Shown piece after piece: positions 27,722-37,747 of a DNA stretch of 64,000 bases. The DNA is from an uncultured Gammaproteobacteria bacterium. Lineage in GTDB: Bacteria > Patescibacteriota > Microgenomatia > Daviesbacterales > UBA10151. The position numbers and the translations under genes are program-made. The notes beneath the pieces are model-generated. The model saw only the letters and a program-made list of their open reading frames with translations, did not search any database and was not told the origin of the DNA. The stretch is from positions 27,686 to 91,685 of the forward strand of contig CAYMIA010000002.1 of assembly GCA_964390595.1 (NCBI GenBank). The letters run 5' to 3'. Positions within the stretch are counted from its first letter, which is position 1. Every line of letters begins with the position of its first letter.

Positions 27722-28510
27722 ATGGATAGTAACCTCATTGATGGCCGGGCCATTGCCCAAAGAAGAGAAAAGCTCCTGCAAGGCAAAATTAAAAAACTCA
27801 AAGTTAAACCTAAATTGGTCAGCATTCTCATTGGCGAAGATCCAGCCTCTGTCATTTATACCAATATGAAAAAACGCAAGGCTGAATCTCTAGGCTTAGA
27901 ATTTGAGTTAATTAAATTTGAAGCAGACGCTAAATTAGCTGATGTCGAAGCCCAGATTAAAGATTTGAATAAAAACAAACAAGTCCATGGTGTAATGGTT
28001 CAGCTGCCTTGCCCATTTCCAGAAGTTGTGGCATTGATCTCACCCAAGAAAGATGTTGATGGGCTCAACCCTAAATCCAAACAGATTCCAGCGACTATCA
28101 GAGGAGTTTTAACTCTCTTGGATGAAGAAAAAATTAATCTGAAAGGCCAAGTTGTTACTATCATTGGTGCCAGTGAGCAACTGGGGTTGCCTTTGGCCAA
28201 AGAGCTCAAAAAGCGCAAAGCCCTCGTCACAATTTGTGATATTAGTACCAAGGATTTAAGAGAACAAACTTTAAGATCTGACATTGTTTTTTCAGTGGCA
28301 GGCGAACCAGGGTTAATTATCGGCCGGATGGTTAAAGACGGAGTAGTTGTGATTGATATTGGTACCTCCCGGGTTGACAATAAACTGGTTGGAGATGTGG
28401 ATTTTGAATCAGTCGCCCCCAAGGCTTCTAAAATTACCCCTGTACCTGGAGGAGTCGGTCCCATGACCATTATCTCCTTAATGGAAAATCTGGTTGAAAC
28501 CGTGGCTTAA
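27722..28510 (+). CDS. folD: Methylene-THF dehydrogenase/cyclohydrolase
   Basis: IDGRAIA, KDVDG, ITPVPGGVGPMT. Confidence 0.95.
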   Translation: MDSNLIDGRAIAQRREKLLQGKIKKLKVKPKLVSILIGEDPASVIYTNMKKRKAESLGLEFELIKFEADAKLADVEAQIKDLNKNKQVHGVMVQLPCPFPEVVALISPKKDVDGLNPKSKQIPATIRGVLTLLDEEKINLKGQVVTIIGASEQLGLPLAKELKKRKALVTICDISTKDLREQTLRSDIVFSVAGEPGLIIGRMVKDGVVVIDIGTSRVDNKLVGDVDFESVAPKASKITPVPGGVGPMTIISLMENLVETVA

Positions 28511-28528
28511 ATCACCTATAATACTAGC

Positions 28529-28807
28529 ATGGGTTTAATGGATAATCTCAAACAGTTCGGTGACTTAAAAAAGATGGCTGACCAAGCCAAGGAAATTCAA
28601 AAAAAGTTAAGTGGTATTAAAATCACCGTTGAACACAAAGGTGTCATAGTCGTCATGACCGCTGATCAAAAAGTTCTCTCCATCGATGGTGACCAGGACT
28701 TTGGTAAGATTACTGAAGCTGTTAACGAAGCCTTAAAACAATCTCAAAAAGTGGCTGCTGATGAAATGAAAGGCCTCATGGGTGGCATGGGCATCCCAGG
28801 AATGTGA
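28529..28807 (+). CDS. ybaB: YbaB/EbfC nucleoid-associated protein
   Basis: Size and composition typical; lies upstream of recR. Confidence 0.8.
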   Translation: MGLMDNLKQFGDLKKMADQAKEIQKKLSGIKITVEHKGVIVVMTADQKVLSIDGDQDFGKITEAVNEALKQSQKVAADEMKGLMGGMGIPGM

Positions 28808-28810
28808 CCT

Positions 28811-28845
28811 GATTAGAGAATATCGATTATTGATTATCGAATATA
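28811..28845 (+). repeat. Heptamer array at the 3' end of the four-helix-bundle gene
   Basis: gattaga|gaatatc|gattatt|gattatc|gaatata. Confidence 0.85.
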
Positions 28846-29211
28846 TGTTCTAGTCTTTCTGATAAATCCTTGCAATATTTGTCCAGATAAATTAATTTGT
28901 TCGTTTAGACTATTAAAATCTTTTTCGCTAATGTAATTTACATCTTTTGCAATTAAAACAAAATTCTCTAATTCAGTTAGAGATCCTTTAGCGGTATAAT
29001 AAAATTGAAGTTTTTCTTTATATGTTTGCCTGCCAAATCCTTCTGCTATATTGGCAGTTACTGAGGCTACAGCTCTCCTCATTTGATCAATTAAAGAATA
29101 TATTTCTTCGCGAGGAAAGCCTTTAGTAGTTTTATAGATCATTAGGACCAATTTGTGGCTTTCAATCCAAACATTTAAATCCGTAAACTTTTCTATCTTA
29201 CCGTTTTTCAT
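28834..29211 (-). CDS. Four-helix bundle protein (TIGR02436 / 23S rRNA-IVP-like family)
   Basis: FTDLNVW, FPREEIYSLIDQMRRA, NIAEGFGR, AKGSLTE; ATG 29211. Confidence 0.93.
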   Translation of the reverse strand: MKNGKIEKFTDLNVWIESHKLVLMIYKTTKGFPREEIYSLIDQMRRAVASVTANIAEGFGRQTYKEKLQFYYTAKGSLTELENFVLIAKDVNYISEKDFNSLNEQINLSGQILQGFIRKTRTYIR

Positions 29212-29243
29212 ATTCAATAATCTGAAATCAATAATCTAAAATC
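29209..29243 (+). repeat. Inverted heptamer array at the 5' end of the four-helix-bundle gene
   Basis: catattc|aataatc|tgaaatc|aataatc|taaaatc. Confidence 0.85.
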
Positions 29244-29311
29244 ACCAGCGCGATTGTACAGCATTAATGGGCTATTTTCTAGCCTCATAATCTGGTACAA
29301 TCAAGCTCAAT

Positions 29312-29908
29312 ATGGCGACCATTCCCAAGGTAGTAAAAGATTTAATTGAGGCGTTTGAAAGGTTACCTGGCATAGGTCCCAAAACCGCTCAAAGGTTGAC
29401 CTATTACCTTCTTCATGCTCCCAAAGAAGAAGCCCAGGCTTTAGCAGAAGCAGCAGTGGCTATGAAAGAAAAAACAGTTATCTGTTCAGTTTGTTTTAAT
29501 ATCTCCGAACAAGATCCCTGCGAAATTGACACCGATCCCAGCCGGGATAAAGAAGTCATCGCAGTTGTGGAAGATCCACTTGATGTTTTAGCGCTAGAGC
29601 GCGCTCATTTTAAAGGTCTTTATCATGTTCTTCATGGAGCGATCTCACCTTTAGAAAATATCGGTCCAGACGAATTGCATATCAGGGAGTTGTTGCCAAG
29701 ACTTAAGGATGGGGTAGTCAAAGAAATTATTTTAGCCACCAATCCGACCATGGAGGGAGAAGCGACAGCGATGTATATAGACAGATTAATTAGGCCTTTA
29801 GGAATCAAAGTCACCAGAATCGCCAGAGGCTTGCCTGTGGGAGGTGATTTAGAGTATGCAGATGAAACCACTCTCTCCCGCGCTTTAGAAGGCAGAAAAG
29901 AATACTAA
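29312..29908 (+). CDS. recR: Recombination protein RecR
   Basis: LPGIGPKTAQRL, Zn finger region, YHVLHG, ATNPTMEGEAT. Confidence 0.98.
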   Translation: MATIPKVVKDLIEAFERLPGIGPKTAQRLTYYLLHAPKEEAQALAEAAVAMKEKTVICSVCFNISEQDPCEIDTDPSRDKEVIAVVEDPLDVLALERAHFKGLYHVLHGAISPLENIGPDELHIRELLPRLKDGVVKEIILATNPTMEGEATAMYIDRLIRPLGIKVTRIARGLPVGGDLEYADETTLSRALEGRKEY

Positions 29909-29956
29909 TTTTACTTGGTTGACTCACTGTGTCCATCTCCGCTAAAATCTCATTTT

Positions 29957-30433
29957 ATGTCTTACTTTCTAGAAATTCCCACACCAAAGCCAATTCAAGA
30001 TATCGGGTGCCAAGAATCTACAACCGAGTCAGGTACTTTTTTAATTAGAAAATTAAGGGAAACGCGCCGGCGCTTTGGTTCCAATTTGCCCAGACAAGGA
30101 ATCGCCTTTGGCGATAATTGGCATCAAGCTGGCCGTTTCCTACAAATGAAAGAAACTGGTGCCGAATGGCGTGAGCGTTTTAGTGATTTACTAGAGCGGA
30201 ATGGCGAAAAAGTAGTCGATCTAATCGCCAGTACTGCCGAACTAATGCGCCAAGATGCTGAATACCTCCAATTTCCATTTGATAGCCTAGCAGTTGTTGA
30301 TCTAACCCAAGAAAAACCACTTGACCTATCCAGATTAAAGAGGATCACTCAAGGCGCTTGGGGAGAAGCCTATGAGCTGACTCCAGACTTAACTCTTTAC
30401 CATTATCACCGCGGATTATTAGTGCTACAATAA
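29957..30433 (+). CDS. Hypothetical protein
   Basis: ATG 29957 downstream of TAAAAT. Confidence 0.6.
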   Translation: MSYFLEIPTPKPIQDIGCQESTTESGTFLIRKLRETRRRFGSNLPRQGIAFGDNWHQAGRFLQMKETGAEWRERFSDLLERNGEKVVDLIASTAELMRQDAEYLQFPFDSLAVVDLTQEKPLDLSRLKRITQGAWGEAYELTPDLTLYHYHRGLLVLQ

Positions 30434-30437
30434 CCAG

Positions 30438-31736
30438 ATGCTAAAAAGCTTTACCCTCCAAAATGGCTTGAAAGTCATCACCTATGCCATTCCTCAGATG
30501 CGCTCAATTAACTTAAGCATCGCTGCCAAAGCTGGCTCATTCTTTGATACTAAGCAAACCAGTGGTGCAGCTCATTTTATGGAACATCTGATAGTTCAGG
30601 GTATTCCTAGACTACCTAACGTTCAAAAATTCTCTGAGTTTATTGAAGGTATCGCTGGCTCCTATAATGCTGCCACCTATACTCAACATATTAAATTTGT
30701 GGCTACCTTTCCGGCCAATCATTTGAGCGATCTTTTAGATATTACCGCAGAGGTCTTTTTTGAACCACTTTTCCCCGAAGATAGCATTGAAAAAGAGCGC
30801 AACGCTATTTTAGAAGAGATCAAGCAAAGAAAAGATGCTCTCTGGTTTAAAAACTCCCACTTTTTTTCTCAGGTTAGATACACTAAAAATCACCCCTTGC
30901 AACTAGATGGTGGCGGATCAGAAGAAGCGGTTGCCAAATTAACTAAAAAAAATTTAACTGATTATTGGGCAAACTTTTTTTATCCCAAAAATACTTATTT
31001 GACTATTGTTGGCGGATTTGATTCAGCCCAGATTGAAGAGCAGATCAATCAAGTTTTTTCCAAATACCAATCAGACAAACAGTTTCCAGGTTTCCCCAAC
31101 TATACTTATGAACAGATGTCGGGCAGACAAGTCGCGATCCGTTCTGACAAAACTTTAAACACCTGCTATGTTGATTTTTCCTTCCCCTCCATCTCAGATG
31201 AATTCTCCACCAATGAAACATTGCCTCAATCAGTCATCAAAATCATTCTAGGGAACCTCCGGACTAGCCGGCTTTTTAAAGTTCTACGCCAAGATAAAGG
31301 ATTAGTTTATGGAGTGGGTTGTGGGTCGGCTCTTTATGATAAATTTGGTTACTTTGATATCTCTACTCAAGTTGATGCCCAAAATCTGGAGGAAGTTATC
31401 AAGATTATCTCAGAGGAGTTAGCCAGATTTATTCAGACTGGTCCAACCAAGCTGGAACTAGATGTAGCTAAAAATTATTTAATCAACTGGTACTTTATGC
31501 AATTTGATCATCCAGGTAATGTCATGAGCTGGATTGAAAACGAGTTGCTCTGGGACGATCAGATTTACATGCCAGAAGATTTAGCGTTAATGATGCAAAA
31601 GATAACCAAAAAATCCTTAATGGTGTTTTTGAAAAAATTCTGGGATTTAAGCAAACTCAATTTAACTATCCAAGGTCCAATCGAAAACACTAAAAAAAAC
31701 ATAAGTAAATACGAAACACTTATATCAAACCTCTAG
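30438..31736 (+). CDS. M16 (pitrilysin-family) zinc peptidase
   Basis: GAAHFMEH inverted HxxEH motif, SRLF..LR...GLVY. Confidence 0.93.
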   Translation: MLKSFTLQNGLKVITYAIPQMRSINLSIAAKAGSFFDTKQTSGAAHFMEHLIVQGIPRLPNVQKFSEFIEGIAGSYNAATYTQHIKFVATFPANHLSDLLDITAEVFFEPLFPEDSIEKERNAILEEIKQRKDALWFKNSHFFSQVRYTKNHPLQLDGGGSEEAVAKLTKKNLTDYWANFFYPKNTYLTIVGGFDSAQIEEQINQVFSKYQSDKQFPGFPNYTYEQMSGRQVAIRSDKTLNTCYVDFSFPSISDEFSTNETLPQSVIKIILGNLRTSRLFKVLRQDKGLVYGVGCGSALYDKFGYFDISTQVDAQNLEEVIKIISEELARFIQTGPTKLELDVAKNYLINWYFMQFDHPGNVMSWIENELLWDDQIYMPEDLALMMQKITKKSLMVFLKKFWDLSKLNLTIQGPIENTKKNISKYETLISNL

Positions 31737-31772
31737 CCCCCATATACTATATACGCTATACTAAATACCAGT

Positions 31773-32210
31773 ATGGCTGATGGAGGAAGAAGTTCGGGAT
31801 TTAGAAATTTAGCTAAAGATTTTTCTGAAGCGGTAATTAACCCAGTTAAAGATGAAATAGGCAAAGCTGTTGAGTCAGGTGTCCAATCCGTCGCCCCCTT
31901 TCCTAAACCCAAAACCCAGAATCCTCAAGACCCAAAGAGCCAACAGCAAGCGGCAATGGAGCAAAAAAAAGAAGAGATGAAAAAAATTAGAAACGTCAAA
32001 CTCTTCTTGAATAGATATACTGGACAAGAGCAAAGAGAGAGGCAGCTAAGAGAGCAAAGAAAACAAATGTATCAGCAACAAGATCAGCAGCAAAAACAAA
32101 AAGATCAGCGGATTAAAGATTTTAATATTGGAGAGCGAAAAAAAGAAGAAAATCTGGCAGTTAAAAATCTTAAATTGGCCCGGGAAACCCGCAAGGGTAT
32201 TGGCGGCTAA
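31773..32210 (+). CDS. Hypothetical Gln/Lys-rich protein
   Basis: 145-aa ORF, coiled-coil composition. Confidence 0.7.
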   Translation: MADGGRSSGFRNLAKDFSEAVINPVKDEIGKAVESGVQSVAPFPKPKTQNPQDPKSQQQAAMEQKKEEMKKIRNVKLFLNRYTGQEQRERQLREQRKQMYQQQDQQQKQKDQRIKDFNIGERKKEENLAVKNLKLARETRKGIGG

Positions 32211-32250
32211 GTACTTGCCTGCATAGCCTTAATTCAGTACAATCTCTGAG

Positions 32251-33600
32251 ATGAGTTTAAAAATCTATAATTCACTATCTAGAAAAGTTGAGGAGTTTAA
32301 ACCAATGAATCCACAAGATGTTGGAATGTATACCTGTGGTCCAACAGTTTATGACTATCAACACATCGGTAACTTCCGGACAATGATTTTTTCAGATCTA
32401 TTACTACGTTCCCTTCGGGCAAATGATTTAAAAGTCAAAGCGGTCAGGAACATTACTGACATTGATGACAAGATAATCAAAGGGGCGAAAGAAAAAGGTC
32501 TGCCTATTGATGAGTTTTCTAGGGAATATACTGAAAAATTTTTTGAAGATCTAGAAAAATTAAATATTACCCCCGTCGACATTAATCCAAAGGCCACTGA
32601 GCATGTTAGCAAAATGATTAAATATATTGAGAAACTGATTAAGAAAGGTTTGGCTTATGAAAAAGATAGATCTGTTTATTTTGATATCTCTGAGTTTCCA
32701 GATTATGGCCAGTTATCTCAAATTGATAAAAGAGAGTTAAAGACAGGCACCAGGATTTTATCTGATGAATATGAAAAAGATAACGTTCAAGACTTTGCCC
32801 TCTGGAAAGCAGTCGAGGAAGAGGAGTTTGGTTATGATTCACCCTGGGGTAAGGGCCGACCAGGTTGGCATATTGAATGTTCAGTGATGAGTCAAGAATA
32901 CTTAGGGGATACTTTAGATATTCATGTTGGTGGTATCGATTTACTGTTTCCTCATCATGAAAATGAGATCGCACAATCAGAAGGCTATACTGGCAAACCA
33001 TTTGTAAATTATTTTATCCATGGGGAACATATCTTAGTTGATGGAGCTAAAATGAGTAAATCTTTAAAAAACTTTTATGTTTTGGAAGATTTAGAAGCTA
33101 AAGGCTTTGAGGATCTGGCCTTCAGATATCTGGTTCTAAGTACACACTACCGAGACAAACAAAACTTTACTTGGGAAAGTCTGCAAGCTGCTCAAAACGC
33201 TTTAGGAAATATTAGAGATTCTTTAAGAGATCTACCCAAGCCATCAGTTGGAAGTCTTGCGCCCTCTGAGCATTATCAAAAATTCTTGGAAGCTATAAAT
33301 AATGATTTAAACATGCCCCAGGCCTTAGCTGTTTTACATGAGCTAATTAAATCAGATCTTGATCCTCTCCAAAAATCCACAGATATTTTAGCAATGGATC
33401 AAGTTTTGGGACTTAAACTAGGGGAGTATTTGGGTCAAAAAATAGAAGTACCAGAAGCAGTTTTAAAACTCATTGAACATCGGGAAAATGCTAGAAAAAA
33501 TAAAGATTTCAAAAGATCTGATCAGCTCAGAGATGAAATTAAAAAGTTGGGTTTTGAAGTAGAGGATTCTCAAGAGGGACCCAAAATTAAAAAAATTTGA
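32251..33600 (+). CDS. cysS: Cysteinyl-tRNA synthetase
   Basis: CGPTVYD, HIGN, GRPGWHIECS, KMSKS. Confidence 0.98.
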   Translation: MSLKIYNSLSRKVEEFKPMNPQDVGMYTCGPTVYDYQHIGNFRTMIFSDLLLRSLRANDLKVKAVRNITDIDDKIIKGAKEKGLPIDEFSREYTEKFFEDLEKLNITPVDINPKATEHVSKMIKYIEKLIKKGLAYEKDRSVYFDISEFPDYGQLSQIDKRELKTGTRILSDEYEKDNVQDFALWKAVEEEEFGYDSPWGKGRPGWHIECSVMSQEYLGDTLDIHVGGIDLLFPHHENEIAQSEGYTGKPFVNYFIHGEHILVDGAKMSKSLKNFYVLEDLEAKGFEDLAFRYLVLSTHYRDKQNFTWESLQAAQNALGNIRDSLRDLPKPSVGSLAPSEHYQKFLEAINNDLNMPQALAVLHELIKSDLDPLQKSTDILAMDQVLGLKLGEYLGQKIEVPEAVLKLIEHRENARKNKDFKRSDQLRDEIKKLGFEVEDSQEGPKIKKI

Positions 33601-33639
33601 ATCCTTGAACTTTGGGTTTAATTTGGTTATGATCTTTGC

Positions 33640-34821
33640 ATGTCTCCTTTGGCAGACCGGATGCGCCCTAAGTCTTTAGCTGAATATATTGGCCAAAAAC
33701 ATATCCTAGCCCCTGAAAAACTTTTGTACAAAGCCATCAAAAACAATCAGCTTTTTTCGATGATTTTATGGGGCCCACCAGGTGTAGGCAAAACTACATT
33801 GGCCAGAATTATCGCCAATGAAACTGACTCAGACTTTGTTGAATTTTCCGCGGTTTCAACCGGAATCGCTGAGATTAAAAAAGTCTTTGAAACTGCATCA
33901 AAGGCTGGACCGCTGTTAAACAGAAAAACTGTGGTTTTTATCGATGAGATTCACCGCTTTAACAAAGCTCAGCAAGATGCTTTTTTGCCCTATGTTGAAA
34001 ATGGCACCATTACTTTAATTGGGGCCACCACTGAAAATCCCAGCTTTGAGGTGATTAGTCCGCTGCTTTCCCGATCCCGGGTTTTTGTTTTAGAACAACT
34101 ATCAGCTGATGATTTAAAGGATTTGATTAAAAGTGCTCTAACTAATGAAATAAATGGTTTGGGAAAGATGAAATTAAAATTAGATCAAGAAGCTTTAAAT
34201 CAATTAGTAGAACTTTCAGGTGGAGATGCTAGAGCAGCGCTAAATGCACTGGAAATTGCTGCTGCATCCCTTACCTCCCAAACCATCCTGACCTCTCCAA
34301 TTATTCAAGAAGCATATCAAAAAAAAGCTTTGCAATATGATAAGACTGGCGATGAACACTACAATACAATCTCTGCATTTATTAAATCGATGCGGGCTAG
34401 CAACGTTGATGCTTCCTTATACTACTTAGCCCGGATGGTGGAAGCCGGGGAGGACCCACTTTTTATCGCCAGAAGAATGGTCATCTTTGCCTCAGAAGAT
34501 ATTGGCATGGCAGATGAAGAGGCGCTAATCATCGCCAATGAAGTCTTTAGAGCTTGTGAAACCATTGGCTATCCTGAAGCCCAGATTAATTTAGCCCATG
34601 GGGTGACTTATCTAGCTTCTGCCAAAAAAGACCGCCGCAGCCATGATGCTTACTTTAAAGCTTTAGAGGATGTCAAAAGGTTTGGCAATCTGCCCATCCC
34701 AATGAATCTCAGAAATGCACCAACCAAATTAATGAAAGAATTAGGCTATGGCCAAGGCTACCAAAAATATACTAATCAAAGCCTACTTCCGGAAAAATTA
34801 AAGGATAAAAAATACTACTAA
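33640..34821 (+). CDS. rarA: Replication-associated recombination protein A
   Basis: PLADRMRP, GPPGVGKTT, DEIHRFNKAQQD, ISAFIKSMR. Confidence 0.97.
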   Translation: MSPLADRMRPKSLAEYIGQKHILAPEKLLYKAIKNNQLFSMILWGPPGVGKTTLARIIANETDSDFVEFSAVSTGIAEIKKVFETASKAGPLLNRKTVVFIDEIHRFNKAQQDAFLPYVENGTITLIGATTENPSFEVISPLLSRSRVFVLEQLSADDLKDLIKSALTNEINGLGKMKLKLDQEALNQLVELSGGDARAALNALEIAAASLTSQTILTSPIIQEAYQKKALQYDKTGDEHYNTISAFIKSMRASNVDASLYYLARMVEAGEDPLFIARRMVIFASEDIGMADEEALIIANEVFRACETIGYPEAQINLAHGVTYLASAKKDRRSHDAYFKALEDVKRFGNLPIPMNLRNAPTKLMKELGYGQGYQKYTNQSLLPEKLKDKKYY

Positions 34822-34825
34822 AACC

Positions 34826-34842
34826 TCAACCCCGCGGGTTGA
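34826..34842. repeat. REP-like palindrome flanking RAYT-2
   Basis: tcaaccc-cgc-gggttga. Confidence 0.88.
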
Positions 34843-34845
34843 TCA

Positions 34846-35433
34846 CTACTCTTCATCAATCAACAAATGTAAAATATAATCAAAATTCTTATAAGCAAAT
34901 TGTCCAGCAATAAAAGTTCTGTAATCATTTTTGGGATCATCACGCGCAAATAGACTTAGTACGGGGGTGGGAATACAAATGCAGTTTGTTCTCTCATTAA
35001 CATAATCATAAAGGGACGACCAAGGATAACTAATAACCTCTTCAATACTCCGACCCGCGGGGTTGAGATGGATGTAGGCCGTTAAGTATATCAGATAATC
35101 TTCTTTATCAACTAACTTGGCCTTAAATCGGCCTTGGATGACGCTCCCAACTTGTTCATATTTGATATTAAAGTATTTAGAATGACTTGTCGAAAGCCGG
35201 AGCATAAACTCACGAATTTGATCTGGCTGATTTTGTTTGAGCAAGAAATGAAAATGATTTGACATTAAACAGTATGCAATAACCTCCACACCAACTTTCG
35301 CGCCATAATCTTTAATCTTATTCAAAAAACGTTGGTAGTCTTGATCAACTAAGAAAATGGGCTGTTTCCGGTTCCCACGATTGTAAACGTGATAATAAGA
35401 ATCTTCTTGAAATAATCTTTGTGGTGTCGCCAT
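34846..35433 (-). mobile_element. REP-associated tyrosine transposase (RAYT)
   Basis: YHVYNRGNRK, YCLMSNHFHFLL, YIHLNP, YPWSS. Confidence 0.92.
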
Positions 35434-35478
35434 GCCAAACAGGCATTAGCAGGAGTTTAAAGCTAAGTATCCTATAAG

Positions 35479-35495
35479 TCAACCCCGCGGGTTGA
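35479..35495. repeat. REP-like palindrome flanking RAYT-2
   Basis: tcaaccccgcgggttga, identical to 34826-34842. Confidence 0.88.
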
Positions 35496-35546
35496 TAAGG
35501 TTGATAATTCGTTGAAGAACTAACGTGCCTCTGTTAAACTAAAAGT

Positions 35547-36320
35547 ATGGACTTAATTCATGCACTGATAATCTCAGTTGTTGAAGGAGTCACCGAGTTT
35601 TTACCAATCTCCTCAACTGGCCATCAAATTTTGGTCGCCAAACTACTATCTGTACCCCAAACCGAATTTGTAAAAACTTTTGAGATTTTTATTCAACTGG
35701 GAGCAATTTTGGCAGTTTGTCTAATCTATTGGCGCAAATTTTTACAAAGCCAAAAAATTTGGATTAGTGTCTTAGTGGCTTTTATTCCAACAGCGATAAT
35801 TGGCTTTGCTTTATATAAAATTATTAAAAATGTCTTATTAGGTAATCTAATAGTGACAGTGCTAGCTTTATTTATTGGTGGAATCTTGTTAATTTTTTTA
35901 GAAAAGATGCATCAAGAAAAACAGTCCCAGACTTCCAAAGTTGAGCAAATGACTCTAAAACAGGCTATCGGGGTGGGGCTTGTCCAATCACTATCAATCA
36001 TTCCAGGTGTCTCCCGCTCCGCTGCCTCAATCCTGGGGGGAATGTACTTAGGATTAAAAAGAGAAACTGCCGTTGAATTTTCGTTTTTGCTCGCTATCCC
36101 AACCATGCTGGCTGCAACTGGTTTAGATTTAGTTAAAACCCACCTCAGTTTTAGTAGCAGTGAGTATGTCACTTTGGCAGTTGGATTTATTGGTGCTTTT
36201 GTAACCGCTCTTTTAGTTATTAGATGGTTTCTTAAATATATTCAGAAAAATTCCTTTGTCCCATTTGGTGTTTACCGGATTATTTTGGCGGTGCTGTTCT
36301 GGTTAATCTTTTTGCGATAG
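35547..36320 (+). CDS. uppP: Undecaprenyl-diphosphatase
   Basis: VEGVTEFLPISSTGH, PGVSRS, EFSFLLAIP. Confidence 0.97.
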   Translation: MDLIHALIISVVEGVTEFLPISSTGHQILVAKLLSVPQTEFVKTFEIFIQLGAILAVCLIYWRKFLQSQKIWISVLVAFIPTAIIGFALYKIIKNVLLGNLIVTVLALFIGGILLIFLEKMHQEKQSQTSKVEQMTLKQAIGVGLVQSLSIIPGVSRSAASILGGMYLGLKRETAVEFSFLLAIPTMLAATGLDLVKTHLSFSSSEYVTLAVGFIGAFVTALLVIRWFLKYIQKNSFVPFGVYRIILAVLFWLIFLR

Positions 36321-36361
36321 CCTCTTGTCTTTTTAAAGCAAAGATTTTAAACTATAACGCT

Positions 36362-37744
36362 ATGGATCAAACAAAGATCACTGAGTCCCTCCAAAACTTA
36401 CTTCAAGAAGCCGTTTTAAAAATCCCAGCTGATTTTGCTGAAATCAGAGCGGAAGAAATTAGCGCCAGCCGGATTGAGTTTAAAGGAGCCAACCCCAACG
36501 TTATCGCTGAGCCCTACAGTCTCGGCTTTTTTATTAGAATCTTAATTAATGGCTCTTGGGGGATTGTCACCTTTAGTGATATTACTCTGCTTAAATCAAA
36601 AATTAATGAAGCTATCAAATTTGCCAAAATACAGGGTAAAGGCAATGTGATCTTAGCTGATCAAGTAGTAAATCTTGCATCAGTTACTGTCCCAATGAAA
36701 AAAGATTTTCGCCTTGTCCCATTTCCTAAAAAAGTCGCCTTAGTAAAAAATTATAATCAACTACTTTTAAAGTCCACCCCCGGAATTCAAACTACCAATA
36801 CAGTCTATGGCGATAATTTTTTAACTAAATTCTATGTCAACTCAAGAGGCGCCAATATTTTTCAGCAAAGACCCTACATTAGACTGTCTTATCAAGCGAT
36901 CGCCCAAAACAAAGATGTCATCGAAATTTCCAGGAACTCGCAAGGTCATGTTGGTGGCTTCGAAATTGTGGAAAATTTAGAACCAAATATCAGAACAACA
37001 GCCAAAGAGGCGGTCGAAATTGCCAAAGCCCCTAAAGTTAAATCAGGTAATTACACTGTAATTTTGGACCCCTACATGGCCGGCACCTTTGCTCATGAGG
37101 CCTTCGGTCATTTTTCCGAAGCTGATCATCAATATGAAAATCCCCAATTATTAGAGCAGATGCAAATCGGCCGGAAGTTAGGATCAGAGGCTGTCACTAT
37201 AATTGATGACCCATCAATACATGAAGCCTGGGGTAATTTTGTTTATGATGATGAGGGCTCTTTAGGTAAAAGAGTGAGTCTTTTAACCAACGGCTTTATT
37301 ACCGGCCGGTTACATTCGTTGGAAACTGCTGGCAAACTAAATGAACTTCCTAACGGTCGGGCTAGAGCTGATGGCTTTCATAGCAAACCGATCGTTAGAA
37401 TGTCCAATACTTTGTTTGTGGGAGGTAAGGAAAATTTGAAAAGCATGATCAGTACCACAAAGCAAGGAATTCTGGTCATCAACTGGATTGGTGGAATGAC
37501 CGCGATGGAAAACTTCACCTTTACTGCAGTCTATGGAGTTATGATTGAAAACGGCAAGTTAACTAAAAAGGTCAGGGGCGTTAAATTAATGGGCAACGTC
37601 TTTGAAACATTGAAAAATATCGATGCCATCAGTACTGACTTTCTTCATGATCAAGGTACCTGTGGTAAACAAGGTCAAAACATGCCAGTTGGCGCTGGCG
37701 GGGGATATGTCAGAATTAATAATATCACTGTCGGAGGAGAATAA
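36362..37744 (+). CDS. tldD: TldD-family metalloprotease
   Basis: HEAFGH, YDDEG, PIVRMSNT, CGKQGQ. Confidence 0.93.
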   Translation: MDQTKITESLQNLLQEAVLKIPADFAEIRAEEISASRIEFKGANPNVIAEPYSLGFFIRILINGSWGIVTFSDITLLKSKINEAIKFAKIQGKGNVILADQVVNLASVTVPMKKDFRLVPFPKKVALVKNYNQLLLKSTPGIQTTNTVYGDNFLTKFYVNSRGANIFQQRPYIRLSYQAIAQNKDVIEISRNSQGHVGGFEIVENLEPNIRTTAKEAVEIAKAPKVKSGNYTVILDPYMAGTFAHEAFGHFSEADHQYENPQLLEQMQIGRKLGSEAVTIIDDPSIHEAWGNFVYDDEGSLGKRVSLLTNGFITGRLHSLETAGKLNELPNGRARADGFHSKPIVRMSNTLFVGGKENLKSMISTTKQGILVINWIGGMTAMENFTFTAVYGVMIENGKLTKKVRGVKLMGNVFETLKNIDAISTDFLHDQGTCGKQGQNMPVGAGGGYVRINNITVGGE

Positions 37745-37747
37745 ATT

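Noticed and set aside
28834-29211. Four-helix bundle as the Avd of a diversity-generating retroelement
   Set aside because: No reverse transcriptase and no TR/VR pair with adenine-specific mismatches was seen in the window.
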